A stretch of DNA of 64,000 nt from an uncultured Gammaproteobacteria bacterium (GTDB lineage: Bacteria > Patescibacteriota > Microgenomatia > CAZETR01 > Amesbacteraceae): NCBI GenBank assembly GCA_964518565.1, contig CAZFGX010000001.1, forward strand, positions 734,568 to 798,567, in the 5' to 3' direction. Under the pieces are notes generated by a model, which worked only from the letters and a program-made list of their open reading frames with translations, was not told where the DNA came from and ran no database searches. Position numbers and translations under genes: made by a program. How positions within the stretch are numbered: position 1 is the first letter of the stretch; every line of letters begins with the position of its first letter. Positions 10,024 to 18,323 of the stretch are shown piece by piece.

Positions 10024-10744
10024 TAACTAGTGGGTATTCCCGCTCAAATATCTTATAAATATAGTTTCCTGGGGTAAGTTTTCTCAAACTCGCTCGATAC
10101 CGCCGACCATCAAATTGAACCGGAACTGTAGAATAGTTCAGTTGGCCTGCAGGACGATACAAAATATTCGACACTGGCATACTGGAAGCAAAAACAATAT
10201 CTACATCTCCCTGACCAATAAACACAATAGCAATCCCCGACGCCTCACTACTCGCAGAAATTCCCACCCGCTGTGGCAGCTGTACCAATACGATTGATGT
10301 TGCCACCGCCCCAATGACAAAAATCAAACTTAAGGCCGGCAACGCTACCTTTTTCAATCCATCCTTATTCCATTGCAAGGTATACTCACGCTTAGCTTTC
10401 ATTGCTTCATAAAAAGTGAACAATGAATTGTGCGGAAACCACCAATTTCTACACGCATCACATACACCTGCCACAAATCCCTCTGGCACTAGCTCACGAT
10501 GTGGCGAGTTTAAAATCCAGCCATCGGTAGGACACGCATTAGTCCCTCCAGCAGGACTTTCGCCAGCATGTTCTTTTACTTCCAAACTCTTTCCTTCTGC
10601 CAACGCATTGACCACCCAATTTGGCACCCAAAATCCTCCACATCGAGCACAACGAAAAGACTCATCAATTCCTATGACAGAAACAGTTTGCAGCTCCGCC
10701 GCACACCCCGGACACAACATATAAAAATAGTATAGCTTAACCAA
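9992..10744 (-). CDS. Membrane protein with two zf-TFIIB-like zinc ribbons, a TM helix and a C-terminal domain (paralog B of 9313..10023)
   Basis: CPGCAAEL...FRCARCGGFWVPNW and CPTDG...CDACRNWWFP. TM helix VALPALSLIFVIGAVATSIVLV. Same architecture and similar length as the downstream paralog, overlapping it by 32 nt. Confidence 0.55.
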   Translation of the reverse strand: MVKLYYFYMLCPGCAAELQTVSVIGIDESFRCARCGGFWVPNWVVNALAEGKSLEVKEHAGESPAGGTNACPTDGWILNSPHRELVPEGFVAGVCDACRNWWFPHNSLFTFYEAMKAKREYTLQWNKDGLKKVALPALSLIFVIGAVATSIVLVQLPQRVGISASSEASGIAIVFIGQGDVDIVFASSMPVSNILYRPAGQLNYSTVPVQFDGRRYRASLRKLTPGNYIYKIFEREYPLVIEYTKQDEMP

Positions 10745-10964
10745 AAGTTGACAACCAACCCAAAAAGGATTAATACTTAATGTATGGCATACAATGACAC
10801 ACTAGACAAAATAGACGCCGAACTAAAAAAACAAATCAAGCAACAATCTGAAGGCAATCTCTCAGGTAGTGATGAAAGACGACGTGATCGTGAAGAAGCG
10901 GCCGAAGAACGAAAGAAAAATAACCCGTCTTCAGCCGAAGGTTCTGGAATGGCCAGATAATTTT

Positions 10965-12200
10965 TTACGCTACTCTCTCCTTCAACGCTGAATAAAACTT
11001 CTCCAAATATACTTTTGCCTTTGTCCAATTATTCTCTTTCATTTCCATATTTGCCATATAAGCCAAATGTGCCGATTTCGTCGCTTGAAATTCTGAAAAC
11101 CGAAACTTTTCAGCTATCAACTGCTTCTGACCTTCTTCACTCTGGTTTTGCCACAAATTAATCTCAAAATTAGCTACAATCTCCGGCTCAAAGGCCAGGC
11201 CCACATTTCGCTTAATCAGCTCATACAATCCCACCAGGGCCTTCTTCGCCCCTTCCCATTCATCAGCCTTTCGATGGGCCAATGCACTTACCAAATGAAT
11301 ACCCGCCTCTTTTGCCAGATCTTTAGATAAGCCATATTGCTCTTTCAAATAGTTAATCGCTTCATCTTTCAAAGATCCAGCATCTCCAATTGCCAGAGCC
11401 CGTTGCCATTTTATTTCCAAATCCGCCACTACCTCAGGATTAAATCTCATATGCTCTACTGCATCATTTCCTCCAAATCTTCGTCTGCGCCGAGAATAAT
11501 CTACTACCGCCTCTACCAATTTTTCCGGAGTAAAATCCGGCAAATGATCTTGCTCCCAATAAAACTCTGCATACGCCATCTGCAAAGGCAGGAGTCCCGA
11601 TGTCCGCTGTTCTCCCGATGTCCGAATAAACAAATCTACATATGGATATGGTTGATCAGCCGTATCCAAATAGCTCTCAAATACTTTTTCATTTATGGGA
11701 GTCGTATCGGCATTAGCCAATTTTGATTCCAAAATTTTATTTGTCGCCCGCACGATTTCATCTTTGCCACCATAATCCAGCGCAATATTGAGTAAATAAT
11801 TTGTGTAGTGAGCAGATTCCGACTCCAATCGGCGAATCTCTGACACCACATCAGCTGGAAAACGATCCTTTCGCCCCAAATGCACCAATCGCATTTTTTC
11901 TTGATGCAAATCCTTTTCAATATCTTTCAAAGCCAGGCGCAAAATATGCACGATTTCATCGACCTCGGCCTGTGGCCTTTCCCAATTCTCTGTGGAAAAC
12001 GCCCAAATAGTAAATGTATGAATTCCCAGTTCGCGCACTGCATATCCCAAGCGTTTTATGGCCTGATATCCAGCCTTATGCCCTTCCCAAGGCTGCAAAC
12101 CCCGAGCCCGTGCCCAGCGCCTATTGCCATCCAAAATCATGGCAATATGGTTTGGCAAATTAGTGCCTGGAGGCAAGTTAATACGTTCTTTCTTTTTCAT
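10965..12200 (-). CDS. uppS: Undecaprenyl-diphosphate synthase (cis-prenyltransferase) with a ~170-aa C-terminal extension of unknown function
   Basis: N-terminus HIAMILDGNRRWA...FTIWAFSTENWERP is the UPPS signature. The protein is 411 aa, whereas a typical UPPS is ~240 aa. Confidence 0.8.
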   Translation of the reverse strand: MKKKERINLPPGTNLPNHIAMILDGNRRWARARGLQPWEGHKAGYQAIKRLGYAVRELGIHTFTIWAFSTENWERPQAEVDEIVHILRLALKDIEKDLHQEKMRLVHLGRKDRFPADVVSEIRRLESESAHYTNYLLNIALDYGGKDEIVRATNKILESKLANADTTPINEKVFESYLDTADQPYPYVDLFIRTSGEQRTSGLLPLQMAYAEFYWEQDHLPDFTPEKLVEAVVDYSRRRRRFGGNDAVEHMRFNPEVVADLEIKWQRALAIGDAGSLKDEAINYLKEQYGLSKDLAKEAGIHLVSALAHRKADEWEGAKKALVGLYELIKRNVGLAFEPEIVANFEINLWQNQSEEGQKQLIAEKFRFSEFQATKSAHLAYMANMEMKENNWTKAKVYLEKFYSALKERVA

Positions 12201-12220
12201 ATCTGACCATTATAGCGAAT

Positions 12221-13003
12221 GTGTCGTATTATCATACAATGCCAGATCGCCAACCATCTAGTCATAAGTTTTCCCGACGTACACTCTTCCGTTTTGCTGG
12301 AGCTGCCAGTATGGAACATTTTTTCGGCGAAATCCCCTCTGTCGCTTGGGCTGAAACCGACAAAACTCCAGAATCAGTCAGAAAATTTATTGAAACAATC
12401 GTCATCAACCCACCCTTAATTGGCACAAATCAAAATGCTGGCAAAAATCTGGACTTTGGCAAAGGCTGGGCCACATTTCATTTAGATGAAAACTCCCCCA
12501 TCATGCAAACAGTAATAAACAATCGCCTCAAAAGCATCCAAAATCACCCGACAATCTCAAAAGAAGACCAAAATATTCTCCAACTCAAAGACCACAAATT
12601 GACAGAATTCATCGTCGAAAAACAATCCCATCTCTCAATTGCAGAAGCTTTAGCCAGTAAAAAATATCTTGGCGCAGTTGCTACCCGCGGAACTCACGAC
12701 ATTGGCCAAGAATATGTCGTATTCACTCAAAAAACCTCCACTGCACCAATAGAATTTACCGGTATCGCCTTATGTGTCGACAATTCCGGCGATGCCAAAA
12801 ATTTATACAAGCCGTACAAACTAGACGGCTGGAACAAAGCTGGCTACAAAAACACTCCTCTGGAATGGATGTTAGACGCCTCCGCCAATCTAATAAAAAA
12901 TCTTCCTCTTGGCCGTGCGCCATCCTCTGACTATCTTATGAGCGGCCGACCAGGAGTAATCGTTATCAGTCGACCTGTTTACGACAATTTAGTCAGCAAT
13001 TGA
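12221..13003 (+). CDS. Hypothetical secreted protein with a twin-arginine (Tat)-like signal peptide
   Basis: SRRTLFRFAGAAS...SVAWA contains an RR-x-(L)F motif, a hydrophobic core and an AxA cleavage site. No recognisable catalytic motif. Confidence 0.45.
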   Translation: MSYYHTMPDRQPSSHKFSRRTLFRFAGAASMEHFFGEIPSVAWAETDKTPESVRKFIETIVINPPLIGTNQNAGKNLDFGKGWATFHLDENSPIMQTVINNRLKSIQNHPTISKEDQNILQLKDHKLTEFIVEKQSHLSIAEALASKKYLGAVATRGTHDIGQEYVVFTQKTSTAPIEFTGIALCVDNSGDAKNLYKPYKLDGWNKAGYKNTPLEWMLDASANLIKNLPLGRAPSSDYLMSGRPGVIVISRPVYDNLVSN

Positions 13004-14178
13004 TCCAAACTCAACCGTTCTACTTGCTCACTCAAACGCTTTTTATATTCTACATCCTCACCATTTTTTGCCGACACCACAATCCTATGTGGCATACCCA
13101 GTAGATCTGCATCAGCTAATTTTTCTCCAGCTGATCTATCAGTATCATCCCACAATACCGACACGCCTCGATCCACCAGTGTCTCATATACCACTTTTGC
13201 TCGCTCACTTGCCCGAATATCTACCAACTGAACTCGAAACGGAGCGACAGCTTCTGGCCAGATTATTCCTCGATCGTCATGAAATACTTCTACCAACGTC
13301 CCCATCAGTCGAGTAGTCCCAATACCATAGCTACCAAACCAAATCGGTTTTTTAGTTCCATCAGCATCAGTAAACAGTCCACCCATCTTTTCTGCATACA
13401 TCGTTCCAAGTGGGAAAATATTTCCGACTTCTATTGACCGAATAACTTCGTAATCTTTTTCATTTCCCTCAAACACTTCTTTGTTATAGCCCTCATGAGT
13501 TCCAGGCTTTATATAAATAGTATCTTCACCTGCTTCAGCCGCTACTTGAAATTCGTGAGTATGTTTATTAGTAAACACCCCACCAGAAGCTTCAGTCACA
13601 TAGACATGTAACCCAATACGTTCAAAAATTTTCAAATATGCTTGCTTATATTTCTCATACCACATCATCAAATCTTCTTCAGAAGTATGCATAGTGTATG
13701 CATCCTTCATCAAAAATTCTCGTCCTCGCAATATCCCCCCCTGAGATCGCAATTCATTTCGAAACTTTGTGGAAAAATGATAGACAGACAAAGGCAAGTC
13801 TTTATAAGATTGAATAAATTTTGTCATCAAGTGCATGACAATTTCTTCATGCGTAAATGACAAAGCAAACTCTTTATCTCGAGTATCTTTTAACTTATAC
13901 ATCACCTCATCTGCACTCTCCCATCTTCCAGTTTGATTCCAGATTTCTTTTGGATGCAGCAAAGGCATCAACATTTCTTGAGCCCCAATAGTATTTAATT
14001 CTTCTCGAATAATCTGCGAAATATTTTGCACCACCTTCCACCCCAACGGTAACAAAGTCCACGACCCCGCCATCAATTGATCAATAAATCCAGCCCGAAC
14101 CAACAATTTATGATTCGTCGTCATCGCATCTTTCGGTGCTTCTCGCAGTGTTTTAGGAAAAACTTGGGAATATTTCAT
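12979..14178 (-). CDS. proS: Prolyl-tRNA synthetase, minimal form lacking the INS editing domain
   Basis: N-terminus MKYSQVFPKTLREAPKDA..HKLLVRAGFI is typical of bacterial ProRS. Class II core motifs follow, then a C-terminal anticodon-binding region. Only 399 aa. Confidence 0.85.
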   Translation of the reverse strand: MKYSQVFPKTLREAPKDAMTTNHKLLVRAGFIDQLMAGSWTLLPLGWKVVQNISQIIREELNTIGAQEMLMPLLHPKEIWNQTGRWESADEVMYKLKDTRDKEFALSFTHEEIVMHLMTKFIQSYKDLPLSVYHFSTKFRNELRSQGGILRGREFLMKDAYTMHTSEEDLMMWYEKYKQAYLKIFERIGLHVYVTEASGGVFTNKHTHEFQVAAEAGEDTIYIKPGTHEGYNKEVFEGNEKDYEVIRSIEVGNIFPLGTMYAEKMGGLFTDADGTKKPIWFGSYGIGTTRLMGTLVEVFHDDRGIIWPEAVAPFRVQLVDIRASERAKVVYETLVDRGVSVLWDDTDRSAGEKLADADLLGMPHRIVVSAKNGEDVEYKKRLSEQVERLSLDQLLTKLS

Positions 14179-14264
14179 ACCTAAAAAGTATTTTACACCA
14201 TTGCCCCACTTGCAATTAAAAAAACATTAGTGTTTTAATAAATGCATACAGTCTTTTTCCTGCC

Positions 14265-15281
14265 ATGAATCCTAACAACACCAATCCCGCAAATCCAAAC
14301 GAAGGCGTCGCCTATATCCCTCAAGCCAACCCTACTCCAGTGGTCACAGAAGAAAAACCAACTGTTATTAGTAGTTCAGATTCTTCTCAACCAAAATTCT
14401 CCAAAAAAGCTCTTATCGCTGGTCTGACTGTTCTTACTCTTATTGCTGGTGCAGTCACCTCATTAGTATTAGTAAATCGCCAAGCCAGATATGTCACCTC
14501 TGCTTGGGACTGTACCAAATACACCTTCAATGTCTCAATCACCGGGAATGTGACTGCCACAAACCAATCTCAGCGCGACGAACCAGCTCAAAATGTCAGT
14601 ATCGAAATCACTCCCAACAACGGAACAAAAACCAGTCGTATCTTCAACGTCCCCCCACTTAAAAAAGGTGAAACAGCAAATTTGGGAACTGTCGCCGTTC
14701 CAAATGGTGGTGGATTTTCTTGGAACGCCGTCGGCTCAGACGATTGTAAAAACAGTGGCAATTACGGCGCCATCAACACCCCAACTCCTAGCCCAATTCC
14801 TCCTACCAACACACCTGTCCCCAGTACCAAACCTACTAGCACACCAAAGCCTACCAATACACCAAAACCCACAAACACGCCAGCTCCTACAAATACACCT
14901 CGGCCCACTACCATTCCAACTGGCTCACCAATTCCTACAAACGTTCCTAGTGCTACACCCACTCCCACCACACCTCCTATTGGCGGCGGTCCTACCAACA
15001 CACCCAATCCTACTCAGCCTCCAACGGCCAGTGAACCAAATTCCTGCAACGGCACTTGTGGCTCAGACGCAAACTGTAAATCCGGACTGACTTGCTACAC
15101 AGGCTACTGCCGAAACCCAAACAATCCATCCAGTATCAGTTGTGCCGACAAGCCAACCGCATCAAACCCCCAGCCCACCCCCATCTCCAGCTTGCCTACA
15201 TCTGGCGCAGCTGAATACACTTGGGCACTTGGCATTGGTGGTGTTCTCCTCCTCGGTCTAGGCGCCCTATTAGCTCTGTAA
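14265..15281 (+). CDS. Pro/Thr-rich cell-surface protein with an N-terminal TM anchor, a PT linker, a Cys-rich 'CRNP' module and a C-terminal LPxTG-like sorting signal (LPTSG + hydrophobic tail)
   Basis: TM helix ALIAGLTVLTLIAGAVTSLVLV. Repeats TNTPKPTNTP... Cys module CNGTCGSDANCKSGLTCYTGYCRNP. C-terminus SSLPTSGAAEYTWALGIGGVLLLGLGALLAL. Confidence 0.6.
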   Translation: MNPNNTNPANPNEGVAYIPQANPTPVVTEEKPTVISSSDSSQPKFSKKALIAGLTVLTLIAGAVTSLVLVNRQARYVTSAWDCTKYTFNVSITGNVTATNQSQRDEPAQNVSIEITPNNGTKTSRIFNVPPLKKGETANLGTVAVPNGGGFSWNAVGSDDCKNSGNYGAINTPTPSPIPPTNTPVPSTKPTSTPKPTNTPKPTNTPAPTNTPRPTTIPTGSPIPTNVPSATPTPTTPPIGGGPTNTPNPTQPPTASEPNSCNGTCGSDANCKSGLTCYTGYCRNPNNPSSISCADKPTASNPQPTPISSLPTSGAAEYTWALGIGGVLLLGLGALLAL

Positions 15282-15301
15282 AGAATGCTAAAATAATTCA
15301 G

Positions 15302-16459
15302 ATGAAAGATACGCTTATAGATAGTATTCTCAATCGTGGTGTCGCCAACATAATTCCATCAAAGGAATTACTCGAAAAGCGTCTACACAGCAACGACAAA
15401 CTAAATATATACTTTGGTGTCGACCCCACAGCCACTCATTTACATTTAGGCAATGCTACTCATCTTCGACGACTTCACAGTTTTGCCCAACTGGGACACA
15501 ATGTCACCTTCTTAATTGGTGATTTTACCGCCCTTATAGGCGACACCTCAGACAAAACTTCCGAGCGCCCTGTTCTCACCTATTCAGAAATCCAAGCCAA
15601 TTTCAAAACGTACAAATCCCAAGCGGAAAAATTATTAGACTTCTCTAAAGTAAAAATTGTCCACAACAGCGAATGGCTAAAAAAACTCACCTTCGAAGAC
15701 ATTCTAAAACTCACTCGTCATTTCTCATTAAACGATTTTATTTCTCGAGAACTAATCAAAAAACGCCTAACAGAAGGTGGCTCAGTCTCACTACCAGAAA
15801 CTCTCTACCCCATCATGCAAGGGTACGACAGTTACATGCTAGATACAGATATTCAAATTGGTGCGACAGATCAAACATTTAACATGCAAGCTGGTAGAAC
15901 CTTACAAAAAGATATACGCAACAAAGAATCTTTTGTCTTAGCTAGTGAGTTTTTAGAAGGTACTGATGGTCGAAAAATGAGCAAAAGCTGGGGAAATGCT
16001 ATTTGGTTAGACGACTCACCAAATGATATGTATGGCAAAGTAATGAGTCTTAAAGATGATCTGATTCACAGATACTTTTTACTCGCCACAAATCTCGCTG
16101 AAGCAGAAATTCCTACACAAGGTCACCCTATGGAATTAAAAAAACGCCTTGCTCATCAAATAGTTACAGAGCTCCACTCTGCTTCAGACGCCCAAAAAGC
16201 TCAACAACATTTCGAATCCGTCCACCAACAAGGTCAAACCCCAACAGACATGCTATCAATTCATCTCAAACCCAACACAATCATTACTACTATGGTCGAA
16301 TCAGGTTTGGTAAGTTCAAATTCTGAAGCACGCCGACTAATCCAACAAGGCGGCGTTATGTATGACAATCAAAAAATAACTGATATTCAAACACAAATTA
16401 ACTCGTCTGGCGTTCTCCAGATCGGTCCCCGAAAATTTATTAAAATTATCGTGGACTAG
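15302..16459 (+). CDS. tyrS: Tyrosyl-tRNA synthetase (class I, with C-terminal S4-like domain)
   Basis: HLGN ('HIGH'-type) motif in GVDPTATHLHLGNATHL. KMSKS motif in GRKMSKSWGNAIW. S4-like C-terminus RRLIQQGGVMYDNQKI. Start moved to the ATG at 15302 (MKDTLIDS...) because the track start at 15221 overlaps the upstream gene. Confidence 0.85.
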   Translation: MKDTLIDSILNRGVANIIPSKELLEKRLHSNDKLNIYFGVDPTATHLHLGNATHLRRLHSFAQLGHNVTFLIGDFTALIGDTSDKTSERPVLTYSEIQANFKTYKSQAEKLLDFSKVKIVHNSEWLKKLTFEDILKLTRHFSLNDFISRELIKKRLTEGGSVSLPETLYPIMQGYDSYMLDTDIQIGATDQTFNMQAGRTLQKDIRNKESFVLASEFLEGTDGRKMSKSWGNAIWLDDSPNDMYGKVMSLKDDLIHRYFLLATNLAEAEIPTQGHPMELKKRLAHQIVTELHSASDAQKAQQHFESVHQQGQTPTDMLSIHLKPNTIITTMVESGLVSSNSEARRLIQQGGVMYDNQKITDIQTQINSSGVLQIGPRKFIKIIVD

Positions 16460-16714
16460 GTAGTTGTGGCAACGACAATTTTGATTTTGGAAATGCTACT
16501 CGTGCCGCTTTATATACCCGACCCTGTTGTCTCTCTGAAGCTGTAAACAAATACAGACAACCTACAGAATACGGAGCATATACAACCAATCCTTCTGTTT
16601 CTCGCACAACTACTCCTTGTTCACAATACACCCCCACTCGGGCTTGATGTGATTCCCTATCCATAATTCTGATCGGAGTTTATCACAAACTACTTTGTTA
16701 AAATAAATCTTCCC

Positions 16715-17518
16715 ATGTCCAAAGATCAACTAATTCCACTTATACTAACCACAGTTGTCTGTGCTGTGGGCATTGCCTTATTACTGGCGACAGCATCCAT
16801 TCTCAATCTTCTGCCCCTGAGTCGAGAACATATTATCATTCACTTTCGATTTCCCGACATTCTCATTGGACTAACTATTTATCTCAAAACCAGCATAGAT
16901 TTTGCCATCTTCATTGGCCGTCTCATGCACGACCATCCAGGCTGGAAAAATCGAATCGCTATCGAGATTGGTACAGCATTGGGAAACATCGCCGGTACGA
17001 TAGCCATTTTGGTTATCTGGGACTTATTCCGTGAAGTAAGACCTCTCATGGCTACAATGATTGTAGTAGCCAGTTTTGTCCTACTCAAACTAGCAGAAGA
17101 TGGTTTTGATCACGCGAGTAACAAAATTTCTTTAGCCAACACTTTGCAAAAATATCTGCAAAAAATTAACCACTTCGCCTCACCAGTCTTAAACAAAATT
17201 CTCCCCCATGCTTCGATTAGCAACAGTCAAAAAACCAATTTCAAAAGTTTATTTATTCTTTCATTCAGTGTTCCATTTTTACTGGGTGCCGACGATTTTG
17301 CCGGCTATTTACCGCTATTTAATATAGTAAACGTAATTGGGTTTGCCACTGGCGTCTTTGTTGGCCATATGATTCTCAATATCGCCCTATTCATTTCTCC
17401 CAAAACCACCATTACTGCAGTCAAAAATCCTTATATCAGCTTTGTAGGGGCACTTGCATTCATCGGCCTTGCTATTTGGGGCTTCGTCGAAGCTACAAAA
17501 TTACTTCTGTATCACTAA
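16715..17518 (+). CDS. Hypothetical polytopic integral membrane protein
   Basis: Multiple hydrophobic helices throughout. No identifiable catalytic motif. Confidence 0.5.
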   Translation: MSKDQLIPLILTTVVCAVGIALLLATASILNLLPLSREHIIIHFRFPDILIGLTIYLKTSIDFAIFIGRLMHDHPGWKNRIAIEIGTALGNIAGTIAILVIWDLFREVRPLMATMIVVASFVLLKLAEDGFDHASNKISLANTLQKYLQKINHFASPVLNKILPHASISNSQKTNFKSLFILSFSVPFLLGADDFAGYLPLFNIVNVIGFATGVFVGHMILNIALFISPKTTITAVKNPYISFVGALAFIGLAIWGFVEATKLLLYH

Positions 17519-18196
17519 AAATAGATACTTCAACAATTTCAATTGTCTTCGCCAACGAAACGGTTCCTGAACAAGTCTCCACAACCACTCAAATCCCATC
17601 TGTGACACCAAGTGTGGTGGCGCCTTTAATCTACCAGTCAACACATCAAACGTCCCTCCTACGCCCATTACCAACTTCACTTTCAATTGTTTTTTATATT
17701 GGCCAATCCAATATTCTTGTTGTGGCGCACCATAAGCAACAAATAATATGTCAGGAGCAAAAGAGTTTATCTTTTTGATAATTGGATCATTGAGTTGTAC
17801 ATTTTCTCGTTCATTTAATACGTCAGCCAACCCTTCATCCCATTGTCCACCATACTTTTCCGCCATTTCTCTGGCTACACCATTCCGTCCACCTAAGAAA
17901 AATATCTTATAGTCACTTTGTAACAACTTTTCTACTAATATCCGGCCTGGAATTATTTCCTCAAATTCTCCCGCCAGTTTCAAACCATTACCATCAGCAA
18001 TATTTAGATCGGTTTGTTGTAAAACTTTACGAAAAGCATCCTCTTCTACTGCTCGAACCAGAAATTCAGGGTTAACTGTAGCCACAAAATAGGCTGAATA
18101 AACAGATTTATCCAATATTGTTTGCAAATCTTTTAGCAATTGTTTTAGGGGTTTGCTAGAAATATTGATTCCAAATACCTGTTGTTGTTGTGTCAT
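17501..18196 (-). CDS. WecB/TagA/CpsF-family glycosyltransferase (N-acetylmannosaminyltransferase-like)
   Basis: C-terminal family signature GFEWLWRLVQEPFRWRR. 231 aa. Confidence 0.8.
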   Translation of the reverse strand: MTQQQQVFGINISSKPLKQLLKDLQTILDKSVYSAYFVATVNPEFLVRAVEEDAFRKVLQQTDLNIADGNGLKLAGEFEEIIPGRILVEKLLQSDYKIFFLGGRNGVAREMAEKYGGQWDEGLADVLNERENVQLNDPIIKKINSFAPDILFVAYGAPQQEYWIGQYKKQLKVKLVMGVGGTFDVLTGRLKAPPHLVSQMGFEWLWRLVQEPFRWRRQLKLLKYLFLVIQK

Positions 18197-18323
18197 AGAT
18201 GATATTTTACTACAAGATAAGTATTAAGTAATAATCTAGATAAACATATAAAAAGTGTGCACAATTTATGGTTCAAAGATTTGTGCGTATTTGATACAGT
18301 TATACACATTTTATGCACCTTTT

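Noticed and set aside
14593-15090. 165-aa and 81-aa ORFs overlapping the Pro/Thr-rich surface-protein gene
   Set aside because: They are alternative frames of the ACNCCN-rich PT-linker DNA. The sense frame has an N-terminal TM, a Cys module and a sorting signal, which makes it the coherent reading.
15221-15301. ORF-track start of tyrS at 15221 (MGTWHWW...)
   Set aside because: It would overlap the last 60 nt of the upstream gene. The N-terminal residues are non-homologous and Trp-rich. The ATG at 15302 gives a canonical TyrRS N-terminus.
14179-15301. T-box or other riboswitch leaders upstream of proS, tyrS and leuS
   Set aside because: The upstream intergenic spaces are 20-95 nt, too short for a T-box (~250 nt). 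No specifier/antiterminator pattern was seen.
16446-16664. 72-aa minus-strand ORF between tyrS and the membrane-protein gene
   Set aside because: It overlaps the tyrS stop, has no SD and no motif, and lies in what is more plausibly the terminator/promoter region.
18197-18323. Imperfect inverted repeat GCACAA...TTGTGC in the TagA/GT4 intergenic region as an operator
   Set aside because: It is only 6 bp with a mismatch at the seventh position. That is too weak to distinguish from chance in AT-rich DNA.
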